This document shows positions 8,782 through 17,866 of a stretch of DNA of 27,714 nucleotides, piece by piece (position 1 is the first letter of the stretch; each line of letters starts with the position of its first letter). The position numbers were made by a program, and so were the translations under genes. The stretch is taken from UHGV virus genome UHGV-0206445, one strand, 5' to 3'. The notes under the pieces were generated by a model. That model saw only the letters and a program-made list of their open reading frames with translations, had not been told where the DNA came from and did no database searches. The stretch comes from a virus.

Positions 8782-9684
8782 ATGGCAAATGTTGCGTTTG
8801 GAGTTCGTCAAACGGCGGACGGTATCGGTACAACCGATGTAGATATTCGTAAAATGTTGGCTCACAAATGGGTTAACAAGGGCGTTGTAGGCGGTCTATC
8901 CGTTAAGGGTTCAACTGGTCTAACCTATATTGTGGGTGCTGGTATGGCTATCTGCTCAAAGGGTGCAGGAGACGGCTTTACAGAGGCGTATTTTGACGGT
9001 GGTCAAACGCCCGCCGTTGCTGCTAATACCTCGTCTATGCCTAGAATTGACGTTGTATATATCACCGCTCACGACAAAAGCAAGGGTGACAGCGATAACC
9101 TTGTTACGATTGGAGTTGTACAGGGTACGCCTAGCGGTACGCCTAAAGCGCCGACCGTTCCACAGTATGCGACAGAGGTAGCACGTATGCGCCTTGCAGG
9201 TGGTTCTACTTCAACAAACGGCGCAATCGAGGCAGAGAGTAGGCAGTTTGCCATTCCTTATGGTTCTAGCTTGGGTGTTATTGCAGATGTAACGAACAAG
9301 ACCACTACAGACGTTACAGCGGGTACACCTTGGACGTTTGCGAGTTCGTCTATCGTGTTGCCAACCGACCGCAATATCAACGTAAAAATCTCTGTTTCTG
9401 TACAGGCTAAAAACCCTACTACGTATAACTGGTTAGGTAGCGGTTATGTTGATTGGCTGCTTGACGGTACGGTAATTAGAGCGTTTCGTTTTACGTGCAG
9501 CCCTGATACGGTTATCTCGCAGTGTTTTGAAGATGTCTTAGAGGTTGACGCAGGAAGTCATACCATTGCAGCCCGTCTATGGGGTTCGGGTGCAGCCCCC
9601 GCCTCAAACCTTACAGCGTCATACTATGCGGGTTCGTACCCTGGACAGCGCCTTATTATTTCAGACGGTGGAGTAAGTGCATAA
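8782..9684 (+). CDS. Minor tail/baseplate protein
   Basis: PRIDVVY and GTPSGTPKAP motifs recalled from actinobacteriophage minor tail proteins; synteny. Confidence 0.7.
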   Translation: MANVAFGVRQTADGIGTTDVDIRKMLAHKWVNKGVVGGLSVKGSTGLTYIVGAGMAICSKGAGDGFTEAYFDGGQTPAVAANTSSMPRIDVVYITAHDKSKGDSDNLVTIGVVQGTPSGTPKAPTVPQYATEVARMRLAGGSTSTNGAIEAESRQFAIPYGSSLGVIADVTNKTTTDVTAGTPWTFASSSIVLPTDRNINVKISVSVQAKNPTTYNWLGSGYVDWLLDGTVIRAFRFTCSPDTVISQCFEDVLEVDAGSHTIAARLWGSGAAPASNLTASYYAGSYPGQRLIISDGGVSA

Positions 9685-10862
9685 TGTGGACTACATACAT
9701 TTTCGAGACAATGACGGGGGCGCTATTAGCCCCCGTAGACATTCCTAGTCTAAGCTGGACACAGACCGTTTCTAGCTGCTCACTTTCAACTACCAAAGAT
9801 AAAGGCGTAGGCAAGCTAGACGGTAGCGGTCTAACTATTCCATGGACAGCCTTGTCAGCAAAGACGCAAGAAGCACGTAACGACCTATTAGCGCCGTATA
9901 AAAGGGGTTTAGTCTTATTGTGGAACGGTTCACCTGTTATCGCTGGAATTATTGGCACACGTACCGACACATGGGAAGATACAGCGTTTAGCCTAATTAG
10001 CCCGCTGGACTTTCTCGCTAATCGTGTTCTAGTTCGAGAAGATACGTTTGGTAAGTCATGGAACAACACCACCACGGACACAATCTATTTCAATAACATG
10101 AGCCTTAGAGGTATTGCGTGTGAGATTGGCTACCTTGCCACCAACGCAAAGCCTAGCGGTTTCTTGCCGATTGACTGGCAATATCGAGGTGAGAAAGGCA
10201 ACTCACAGCGTACCTATTACGGCTATAACGTAGCAAATAACGGACTTAAAAAGCTGCTAACTGAACTATCTAACGTTCAGAATGGACCCGATATGCAGTT
10301 TAGACCCGTCCTAGAAGATAATAGGGTTAAATGGGTATTTTATGCAGGCTCAGATGGTAACCCGTATCTCAATCAGACGGGCGCAATTCCAACGCTAACA
10401 TGGCACAACGGCGAGGGAACAATAGAGGGTATCAAAGTCGCTCACGGCTCGCCCGTCATGCGTGTTTACGGCACGGGAGCGGGTCAAGATGAGGGTACTC
10501 TATGCAGCCTTGTAGAAGATATGACACTAGCAGAAAGACCACAGGGCTACCCGCTGATTGAGACGCACACAGGCAGTAACGACTGGGCGAACGCTGGACT
10601 TGTAACCGCCCACGCTCAAGCCTCACTAGACGCTGCAAGCCGCCCACTTATTCAGTTGACGGGTGAAGTCTACATAAACGACACAGGCAACTCAGTAACG
10701 CCCTCGCTAGTGTGGACAGGTCAAGAAGTAGATTTAGACTTGTACGGCTACCCGTCCATGCCAAACGGCGTTTACAGGTTGCGACTTATGGAAATGAAAG
10801 GCAATCTAAGCGATAAAATAAGTCTAACGTTCGACCCTATTTATGATCCATGGGAGAAATGA
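9684..10862 (+). CDS. Baseplate hub/minor tail protein (ReqiPepy6 Gp37-like)
   Basis: Start at ATG 9684 (TAATG coupling); LTELSNVQNGPDMQFRP, GTGAGQDE and GYPLIE motifs. Confidence 0.7.
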   Translation: MWTTYIFETMTGALLAPVDIPSLSWTQTVSSCSLSTTKDKGVGKLDGSGLTIPWTALSAKTQEARNDLLAPYKRGLVLLWNGSPVIAGIIGTRTDTWEDTAFSLISPLDFLANRVLVREDTFGKSWNNTTTDTIYFNNMSLRGIACEIGYLATNAKPSGFLPIDWQYRGEKGNSQRTYYGYNVANNGLKKLLTELSNVQNGPDMQFRPVLEDNRVKWVFYAGSDGNPYLNQTGAIPTLTWHNGEGTIEGIKVAHGSPVMRVYGTGAGQDEGTLCSLVEDMTLAERPQGYPLIETHTGSNDWANAGLVTAHAQASLDAASRPLIQLTGEVYINDTGNSVTPSLVWTGQEVDLDLYGYPSMPNGVYRLRLMEMKGNLSDKISLTFDPIYDPWEK

Positions 10863-12196
10863 TGAAACACACAAAGTTGGTAGGTTTACAGTCCACTGTA
10901 GAGCAAATGGCAAACGTGGCAGCGAACGCAGCACAGGCAGCCCGTGAGACCACTACACGAACAAGCGGGGTTATTTCTGTAGACAATTCAGACGGTACTA
11001 AGACCATTCTAGGCAGTGGAAACGGTGTAGCCTTAAACGTTGGAGACACTACCGCCCCTAGCAAGCCCGTAGGACTTGCAGCAGCCTCACAGAATGGCTC
11101 AATCGTGGCATATTGGAGCGGTTCGCTAGAGGAAGAGAAGCCCGCTGATTTTTATTGTGTATCCTTATACGCTGAGAAAGACGGTACGCCTGTTAAAATG
11201 GGTGAGTTGACCGCAGCGGGTTCGTGCATTATTAGCGGTCTAACCGTTGGAGAAGTCTATAGGGTATACGCAACAGCCGAAGATAATACCTGTAACTATG
11301 ACGGTTCACCCGCTCACAATGTAAGCGCAAAGAGTAACCCCGTCATGGTTGAGGTTCTAGGCGGTGGCAACGGTGGCAGCGCCGATATTGACCGTCTCAA
11401 AGCCCTAGCCGAACAAGCAGCCGAACAGGCAAAGGCAGCAAAGGCAACAGCCGACAATACGCAGAAAGTCGTAGAAGAATTAAACAACTCTTTTTCTCAC
11501 GATAGCGAGGGCGCTCACGTTGGCGCTAAAACGGGTATGCACACCACTATTGACGCTCAAGGTATGAAGTTAAAGAAAGGCAATGCAGAGGTGGCGTCAT
11601 TTCAAGAAAACGGCGTTAGGTTGGCAAGTGGCGGGCTGATTATTTCGGCTGGTTTCATTCGTGACTTTGCAGATAATTCAACCGCTATATCCACAGAATG
11701 TTTTGACTTTGAAAGTAGAGCGATAGAGTATCATTTCTCGCCTAAGTTCTTTTTTAGGGCGCAAACAAGCAATCAAGGCAACGTAGTATGTACTGATTAC
11801 GATTTTTGCAGCGACAAAATCGGCATTTCTTCACCAAAAGGCGTTGGCTCAATCAACACCGCCGACCTCGTAAAAATTATGAGGTTCAAACCGTATACAA
11901 CTATTATTAATGACGGTAAGGCAAAAGTAAGCTACTGGATAACAGCGGGTACGGTTTTCTTTGACGTGTACTTAAAAGGTGGTTACTCTACATATTCTTC
12001 AAGCGTCCAACTACCAGCCGACATATTGCCAAAATCAAGCGCTTATTATCCGCTTGCTACACAATCAGGTAACAACACAGCTAAAGTATGGTTAGATGCT
12101 TATAATGGTAGTGACAGACGGGTTTATATCTATAACTACGATGGGGGTTATTGCGCTGGTTCGTTCCCTGTAGCACCTAGCCCGCTATTTACTTAA
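10862..12196 (+). CDS. Tail fibre/receptor-binding protein with FN3-like domain
   Basis: DTTAPSKPVGL...W...Y.VYATAED (fibronectin-III-like), coiled-coil linker, beta-rich C-terminus; last tail gene. Confidence 0.65.
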   Translation: MKHTKLVGLQSTVEQMANVAANAAQAARETTTRTSGVISVDNSDGTKTILGSGNGVALNVGDTTAPSKPVGLAAASQNGSIVAYWSGSLEEEKPADFYCVSLYAEKDGTPVKMGELTAAGSCIISGLTVGEVYRVYATAEDNTCNYDGSPAHNVSAKSNPVMVEVLGGGNGGSADIDRLKALAEQAAEQAKAAKATADNTQKVVEELNNSFSHDSEGAHVGAKTGMHTTIDAQGMKLKKGNAEVASFQENGVRLASGGLIISAGFIRDFADNSTAISTECFDFESRAIEYHFSPKFFFRAQTSNQGNVVCTDYDFCSDKIGISSPKGVGSINTADLVKIMRFKPYTTIINDGKAKVSYWITAGTVFFDVYLKGGYSTYSSSVQLPADILPKSSAYYPLATQSGNNTAKVWLDAYNGSDRRVYIYNYDGGYCAGSFPVAPSPLFT

Positions 12197-12208
12197 AGGC
12201 GGTGAGAA

Positions 12209-12592
12209 ATGCACGGTAACATTACGGGTGATATGCTAATTTTCGTAATTGGTCTAGTCTCTTCATTCTTAGGATGCATGGTATCTATTTCGACTATACA
12301 AGGTCGAGGCAAAGAGCAAAGGCAGCATGAGGAAGAATGGAAAAACACCATTACAAACACGCTAACACGCCTAGAAACCCGTCAACAGGTTATGAGTGAA
12401 CAAATGAGCAGCTACCAACAGTCACTAGCTGAAGTAGTTTCTACAGTGGGTAAACATACTTCAGAATTGGCGGTAGTTGGCATTATTGCACGTAGGGCTG
12501 ATGACGTTTCAAAAAAAGTTCAGACCGACCTCACAGAGGTCAAAACAGACGTAAAAAATCTAGGCAATCGTATCGAGAAACTGGAGAATTAA
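12209..12592 (+). CDS. Lysis-module membrane protein (N-terminal TM plus coiled coil)
   Basis: Hydrophobic LIFVIGLVSSFLGCMVSI followed by heptads; directly before the holin. Confidence 0.65.
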   Translation: MHGNITGDMLIFVIGLVSSFLGCMVSISTIQGRGKEQRQHEEEWKNTITNTLTRLETRQQVMSEQMSSYQQSLAEVVSTVGKHTSELAVVGIIARRADDVSKKVQTDLTEVKTDVKNLGNRIEKLEN

Positions 12593-12595
12593 ACT

Positions 12596-12871
12596 ATGGT
12601 TAATCTTAAAGTGCGTATGAAGAATAAGGCTTTTTGGCTTGCTCTTATTCCCGCCTTGCTTATTTTGGTACAGGTTGTAGCTGGTATTTTCGGCTACAAA
12701 ATCGAGATTGAGGGCGTTACTAATCAAGCCCTCGCAGCCGTGAACGCCCTGTTTGCAGTCCTTGCCATTCTTGGAATTGTCAACGACCCTACCACAGCGG
12801 GTTTTTCCGACAGCGACAGGGCTATGACTTATACACAGCCTAGCGCTAAGCCCTCTAGTGAGGTTATGTAA
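12596..12871 (+). CDS. Holin, phi LC3 family
   Basis: NLKVRMKNKAFWLALIPA and GIVNDPTTAGFSDS signature. Confidence 0.92.
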   Translation: MVNLKVRMKNKAFWLALIPALLILVQVVAGIFGYKIEIEGVTNQALAAVNALFAVLAILGIVNDPTTAGFSDSDRAMTYTQPSAKPSSEVM

Positions 12872-13962
12872 TGTTAAAAGGTATTGACGTTAGCGGTTAT
12901 CAACCTTGTTACTCCACGTACTCAAGCAGGTACGTGGAGACCGCTTATAGCGGGGCTGATTTTGTCATTGCCAAAGCAACGCAGGGAACTAGACCGCTTA
13001 ACTCGCATATGGTTAGGCAGCTTGAGAGGGCTAAGGCAGACGGTAAACTAATTGGCGTTTACCATTACGCCGAGGGTGGTTCACCTGTAGCCGAGGCAGA
13101 CGCTTTTGTTTCATGCGTTAAGGACTATGTGGGTGAGGCTATTCTATGCTTGGACTGGGAAAACGGTGACAATGACGCTTGGGGTTCTACTACGTGGTGC
13201 AGGCAGTTTGTAGACCGTGTACACGCCCTAACGGGTATTTACCCGCTCGTTTACACGTACCCCGCTGGTAGGTCACAGGTTGCCTCATGCGCCGATGTTT
13301 CCGCCTTATGGATAGCTGGTTACCCCGATAACCGTTTTAGCTGGGAATTGCCACAGATGATTTACAATACGGGCGCATGGTCTGACTGGACGATTTGGCA
13401 ATATTCAAGCGCCAACGGTAACATTGATTTGAACGTTGCGCAGCTGGATAGTGCGGGCTGGGTAAGGCTTGCAGAGGGTGACAAAGCAGCTACAGGCTTT
13501 ACCCCGCACTGGGTGCATAATTCCGTGGGTTGGTGGTACGCTACCGCTCCTAATGACTGGTACGCTGATACATGGCAGCTGATTGACGGTGAATGGTACT
13601 ACTTTGACGCTAGCGGTTACGCAGCTAAGGGCTGGGTACGCTATGGGGCGTATTGGTGCTATATGCGTGAGACCGCCGACAATCGACAGTGTGCAATGGA
13701 AACGGGCTTTGTAGAGGTCAACGGCTCAAAATACTACTTGTACCCTACTAGCGACAGCGCCCCCCGTGGCACTATGGCAGTAGGTAAGTTCGAGGTTGAC
13801 GGTAAAACCTACATTACAGACGCTAGCGGGCGTATTCAGTCTAACGCCGTTGTAGTCTTTGAAAATCAAGCCTACGCAGTAGACGCTGAGGGCGTTGTAA
13901 AAAACGGTACTCTAAGCGTGGTTACTGATGATTTAGGCGTTATGACTAAACTAGTGCTATAA
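12871..13962 (+). CDS. Endolysin: GH25 muramidase plus cell-wall-binding repeats
   Basis: GIDVSGYQ, KATQG, GVYHY, LDWE and WQYSS motifs; C-terminal WQLIDGEWYYFDASGY-type repeats. Confidence 0.92.
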   Translation: MLKGIDVSGYQPCYSTYSSRYVETAYSGADFVIAKATQGTRPLNSHMVRQLERAKADGKLIGVYHYAEGGSPVAEADAFVSCVKDYVGEAILCLDWENGDNDAWGSTTWCRQFVDRVHALTGIYPLVYTYPAGRSQVASCADVSALWIAGYPDNRFSWELPQMIYNTGAWSDWTIWQYSSANGNIDLNVAQLDSAGWVRLAEGDKAATGFTPHWVHNSVGWWYATAPNDWYADTWQLIDGEWYYFDASGYAAKGWVRYGAYWCYMRETADNRQCAMETGFVEVNGSKYYLYPTSDSAPRGTMAVGKFEVDGKTYITDASGRIQSNAVVVFENQAYAVDAEGVVKNGTLSVVTDDLGVMTKLVL

Positions 13963-13969
13963 TTTCCTT

Positions 13970-14033
13970 GTACGGTCTACTCCTCCGCCGTGCGTAACCC
14001 CGCTAATCGTGTACAGGTTAGCGGGGTATTTTT
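13970..14033 (+). ncRNA. Candidate ~65-nt small RNA
   Basis: TGcTATAAT extended -10 at 13955-13963; hairpin GTACGG/CCGTGC with loop TCTACTCCTCCG; ends in a terminator. Confidence 0.45.
13997..14033 (+). terminator. Intrinsic terminator after endolysin
   Basis: ACCCCGCTAAT/GTTAGCGGGGT stem followed by ATTTTT. Confidence 0.8.
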
Positions 14034-14045
14034 GTGAAGAAAATA

Positions 14046-14150
14046 TGTAGGGAAATTTCTATAAAATTGTTGTTGACAGAGAGCAACACAAGGCATATAG
14101 TTATAGCTAACAAAGGGAAACAAAGAGAGTTCCCGACACGACAGAGAGGA
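14046..14150 (+). promoter_or_regulatory. Repeated promoter/leader copy 1
   Basis: TGTAGG 14046; TTGACA 14073-14078, 17 bp, TATAGT 14096-14101; TGTTG-N8-CAACA; leader AACAAA-GGGAA..TTCCC-GACACG. Confidence 0.88.
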
Positions 14151-14157
14151 ATTAATA

Positions 14158-14373
14158 ATGAAGTGGACAGCTTACTACAACGCAAAGAACCTATTTACTA
14201 ACGAGGTTGAGCGTGTTTATCTTGGCAAGTCTTTCAAAACAAAAATGGAGCTGGTCGATTATCTAAAGTGCGTAGGTTTTGCTGCACCAGACTACCTACT
14301 CAGAGATAATCAAATGGCAAAATATAATATGAGGCAAAAAAGCGCCGAAACTATCTACCTTGTTAAAGAGTAA
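14158..14373 (+). CDS. Hypothetical small protein (slot gene of promoter 1)
   Basis: GAGAGGA SD; 71 aa. Confidence 0.75.
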   Translation: MKWTAYYNAKNLFTNEVERVYLGKSFKTKMELVDYLKCVGFAAPDYLLRDNQMAKYNMRQKSAETIYLVKE

Positions 14374-14436
14374 TTAGTCAATTAACCCCCTCGCAAAGGG
14401 CGGGGGGGGGTATTCATACCGTTGAAAGGTGGCACT

Positions 14437-15135
14437 ATGTCAAAAGTTTATCAAGTTCTAAGCAGCATTAGAGAGGAGTTGAACGTTCCAAAAGACCAGT
14501 ACAACGCATTCGGTAAATACAAGTTTAGAAACCTAGAGAGCATTAACGCAGCCCTCAAACCGCTATGCAAAAAATACAAGTGCGGTTACTACATGGCTGA
14601 TAGCGTTGTTCTTATTGGTGAGCGCTACTACACACAGGCAACAGTAACGTTCTATGTCGAGGGTTGCGAGGAAACTGTAACGTCTGTAGCCTATGCACGT
14701 GAAGAAGATGAAAAGAAAGGCATGGACGCTGCACAGATTAGCGGTCTAGCTAGTTCCTATGCGAGAAAATACGCTATTTGTGGACTGTTTGCGGTAGACA
14801 GTGGCGAAGAGGTAGACGCACTCGACAATCGACCCGCTGAGACAGCACCTAAGACACGAACAGCAACACGAACGACTACTACACGCAGAACACAGCAAAC
14901 CACCACGCAAAAAGCCTCTGAGAGCGTTACAGAGGAAACGCTACAAAACAAGGTTTTAGAGTTCGCAAACCTAAGGGGTAAAACGGTAGATGACGTTATC
15001 AAGGCGTTAAATATCACGCCTGCAATGAAGAAACTAGGCGTAACCGCTGAACAGATTGAGTACACAGACAATCAGAGAGTGGCAGCGGTTGGAATTGTTA
15101 CAAGTTGGCTAACACAGGTTAAGAAAGAGGGTTAA
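14437..15135 (+). CDS. erf: ERF-family single-strand annealing recombinase
   Basis: VPKDQYNAFGKYKFRNLE and KKGMDAAQISGLASSYARKYAICGLF motifs; start at ATG after GAAAGGTGG. Confidence 0.9.
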   Translation: MSKVYQVLSSIREELNVPKDQYNAFGKYKFRNLESINAALKPLCKKYKCGYYMADSVVLIGERYYTQATVTFYVEGCEETVTSVAYAREEDEKKGMDAAQISGLASSYARKYAICGLFAVDSGEEVDALDNRPAETAPKTRTATRTTTTRRTQQTTTQKASESVTEETLQNKVLEFANLRGKTVDDVIKALNITPAMKKLGVTAEQIEYTDNQRVAAVGIVTSWLTQVKKEG

Positions 15136-15137
15136 AC

Positions 15138-15551
15138 ATGAGAGGCATTAACACAGTTTGTTTGAGCGGTAACCTAACCCGTGACGCAGAATTGCGTTTC
15201 ACGGCGGGCGGTACGGGTATTTGTTCGTTTGGTATTGCGGTCAATGACAGCCGTAAGAACTCGCAAACGGGTCAATGGGAAGATGTACCAAACTTTTTTG
15301 ATTGTAATATTTTTGGTGCAAGGGCTGAGAGCATTACCGACTACCTCGCAAAGGGTACTAAGGTTTGTCTAACGGGTAGGCTGCACCAGTCAACATGGGA
15401 AAGTAAAGAGGGTCAAAAGCGCTCAAAAGTTGAGGTGATTGTAGACGTTATTACTTTCATGTCTACAAAGCAGGATAAGCCCGTTCAGTATCAGACACAG
15501 GCAGATATCAGCGATAACGTAGATATGTATGACGCAGATATCCCGTTTTAA
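15138..15551 (+). CDS. ssb: Single-stranded DNA-binding protein
   Basis: GNLTRDAELR OB-fold start and acidic DADIPF C-terminus. Confidence 0.95.
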   Translation: MRGINTVCLSGNLTRDAELRFTAGGTGICSFGIAVNDSRKNSQTGQWEDVPNFFDCNIFGARAESITDYLAKGTKVCLTGRLHQSTWESKEGQKRSKVEVIVDVITFMSTKQDKPVQYQTQADISDNVDMYDADIPF

Positions 15552-15561
15552 GGTGTAATTG

Positions 15562-15670
15562 TGTAGGAATTGTGAACGCTATTTGTTGTTGACAACCCGC
15601 AACAAAGCCCCTATAGTAGGTATCAACAAAGTAGCCCCGCTGCAAAGGGTAGCGGGGCGCTAAAGAAAGG
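15562..15670 (+). promoter_or_regulatory. Repeated promoter copy 2 (leader joins directly to a type-B hairpin)
   Basis: TGTAGG 15562; TTGACA 15589-15594, 17 bp, TATAGT 15612-15617; TGTTG-N8-CAACA; AACAAA then GCCCCGCT/AGCGGGGC hairpin and GAAAGG. Confidence 0.88.
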
Positions 15671-15678
15671 ATAGAAAC

Positions 15679-15891
15679 ATGGAGAAAGACGTTATTAAGA
15701 TTGAGCGAGAGCAGCTAGAGGCGTTAGTCACAGCGTGGCTAAAGGTGGTTGTAAATTGGTCGCTTATTAGTGATTGTAATGATGACGAGATTGGCGCTTT
15801 GTTTGTTGGATATTTTGAGGAGAATATCAAGCGTCTAGCAAAGGCAGCGGGTAGCGTACATGACAGTATGCAAGAACTAAACGACCTGTAA
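15679..15891 (+). CDS. Hypothetical protein
   Basis: GAAAGGA SD; TAATG coupling to rusA. Confidence 0.75.
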   Translation: MEKDVIKIEREQLEALVTAWLKVVVNWSLISDCNDDEIGALFVGYFEENIKRLAKAAGSVHDSMQELNDL

Positions 15892-16289
15892 TGTTTCAGT
15901 CGTTTGTTTTAAGGGGCGATGTAAGAGGTAAGCCCCGCCCTAGATTTTCAGCCCGTGGAGGATATGGCAGGGCTTACACACCCGCTAGTTACATGAAGTA
16001 TGAGCGCTCTATAGCTAAGGCATACACAGAGGCGGGCGGTAAGAAGTTCAGCGGGGCGGTTAGTGTATCAATCTTCATTCACAGGGAACTACCTAAGAGC
16101 CGCCCTAAACGCCTACTGGCAGAATTAGACACGTCTAAGCCTGATATAGACAACGTAGCTAAAGCAGTCCTAGACGCATTAAACGGGGTAGCTTATGAAG
16201 ATGATAGGCAGGTAGTAAGGCTAACCGTAACAAAGCTACCACGAACAAGGCAAGAAAGTTTTTTAAGGGTCACAATCATAGGAGGATAA
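15891..16289 (+). CDS. rusA: RusA-family Holliday junction resolvase
   Basis: GKPRPRF and KPDIDNVAKAVLDALNGVAYEDDRQVV motifs. Confidence 0.93.
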   Translation: MFQSFVLRGDVRGKPRPRFSARGGYGRAYTPASYMKYERSIAKAYTEAGGKKFSGAVSVSIFIHRELPKSRPKRLLAELDTSKPDIDNVAKAVLDALNGVAYEDDRQVVRLTVTKLPRTRQESFLRVTIIGG

Positions 16290-16292
16290 AAC

Positions 16293-17165
16293 ATGAAACT
16301 AACTAACGAGTTAAACCTACCTCAACCCTTTGTAGACGCTGCTACTAGCGATTATCAATATACAGATAAACGCTATAGTGTAACGTCTGTTCTAAAGGGT
16401 ACGAGAGAGGCAATTTTACAGCGCCGACACTCCGAGGAAATCGAGACAGATGTTTCTGAAATGGTATGGGCTATCTTTGGTTCAGCGGTTCATAAGATTT
16501 TGGAACAGTCCGAGGAGACAGCCGACCAGCTAAAGGAAAATTGGCTATCTGTTGAAGTACAAAACGGCTATGAGTTGAGCGGTATTTTTGACCTATACGA
16601 TGATGCTACAGGAACGGTAACAGACTACAAAACCGCTACCGTGTGGAAGTTTATCTATAAAGAGTTCGATGGCTGGCGTACTCAATGCCTCGCTTATGTT
16701 TGGCTGTTGCGTAAAATCGGCTTTAACGCCCGCCGTGGTGAGATTGTGGGAATGTTAAAAGACCACTCTAAGACCAAAGCAAAAACAGACCATACCTACC
16801 CACAACACCCCGTGCAGCGTATCGGCTGGAAATTCACCGATAAAGACCTAGAGGGGTTTGAGAGTTGGCTCAAGGCTAAGTTTTCCGAGATTGAGGCAGC
16901 TGAGAAATTGAGCGATGATGATTTACCTCTTTGTTCAGACGTTGAGCGTTGGCATAAGCCCGATAAGTACGCAGTCATGAAAGAGGGGCGTAAGACCGCC
17001 GTTAAACTCTACGATAGCGAGGAAGAGGCTAACGCTAGAGTTGAGGCAGAGGGTAAGGGTTTCTATGTTGAACACAGAAAGGGCGAGGATAGTAAATGCC
17101 TCAATTACTGTTCAGCGTGTGAGTTTTGCAGCCATTACAGGGAGTTGATGAACAATGCTGAGTAA
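16293..17165 (+). CDS. PD-(D/E)XK Cas4/RecB-like exonuclease
   Basis: YSVTS, GSAVHKILE, GIFDLYD..VTDYKT, Q..AY and C-terminal CLNYCSACEFC; AGGAGG SD. Confidence 0.85.
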   Translation: MKLTNELNLPQPFVDAATSDYQYTDKRYSVTSVLKGTREAILQRRHSEEIETDVSEMVWAIFGSAVHKILEQSEETADQLKENWLSVEVQNGYELSGIFDLYDDATGTVTDYKTATVWKFIYKEFDGWRTQCLAYVWLLRKIGFNARRGEIVGMLKDHSKTKAKTDHTYPQHPVQRIGWKFTDKDLEGFESWLKAKFSEIEAAEKLSDDDLPLCSDVERWHKPDKYAVMKEGRKTAVKLYDSEEEANARVEAEGKGFYVEHRKGEDSKCLNYCSACEFCSHYRELMNNAE

Positions 17166-17664
17166 AGAAGAGCGTAACGTAATCGCTGAGAGAATTGGAA
17201 AAGAGTTCGACTTTACAGAAAATGATGAAGTTTATGAGGCTCTTATTGGCGAGGAAATTCCCGACAATACGGCTTGGGAAAAAGATTGTAAAGTTGTTAG
17301 AAACCGTCTGATTGAATTGCGTGACACGTCAAACATGGTTGAGTTACCGCTGGATATAGACGGGGAGGTTATCCGTGTTGGTGATACCGTCTATGACGAG
17401 GCAAAACGAAAGTTAGAAGTTGATAGTATTAGGTTCTATCAAAATTATGTGCAGGTTGTTGTAATAATGAGAGGTGAATACAACAATCTAACTTATTACC
17501 CGTCTGAACTCACGCATAAAAGCCCTGTAACCGCTCAAGAACTTAGTGACTATATGCAAGCCGTCATAAATGAATACGGTTCAGATATTAGTAATACGCC
17601 GTATGTAAAGCTGCTTGATATTGCAAACCAGCTAAAAGAGTTAGCAGGTAAAGATGAAGAGTAA
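17155..17664 (+). CDS. Hypothetical phage protein (ELPLDIDGEVIRVGDTVY motif)
   Basis: Overlapping start, GGGAG SD. Confidence 0.75.
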   Translation: MLSKEERNVIAERIGKEFDFTENDEVYEALIGEEIPDNTAWEKDCKVVRNRLIELRDTSNMVELPLDIDGEVIRVGDTVYDEAKRKLEVDSIRFYQNYVQVVVIMRGEYNNLTYYPSELTHKSPVTAQELSDYMQAVINEYGSDISNTPYVKLLDIANQLKELAGKDEE

Positions 17665-17866
17665 CTTTCTGATTGTTGAAGATGAAAGAGGCTACGATAC
17701 TATTATCAACCTAGACAAAGTAGCTTATATCAATCCGATTGAGAAAACCGTTTGCCTAGATTGTGCGGGTGGTAAGAATGGCGGGCTTGTATATCTTTCA
17801 AAATGTGGAATGGATATGCTGATACACCGTGTTTATGCTGATATCGCTAGGTCGCACGATGAATAG
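17654..17866 (+). CDS. Hypothetical protein
   Basis: Coupled ORF, 70 aa. Confidence 0.65.
   Translation: MKSNFLIVEDERGYDTIINLDKVAYINPIEKTVCLDCAGGKNGGLVYLSKCGMDMLIHRVYADIARSHDE

Noticed and set aside
10862..12196. Diversity-generating retroelement or invertible tail-fibre system
   Set aside because: No reverse transcriptase or invertase, and no template/variable repeat pair noticed
14402..14410. G9 homopolymer as a phase-variation switch
   Set aside because: It is intergenic and forms the 3' arm of a type-B hairpin, so length change would not alter a reading frame or promoter spacing
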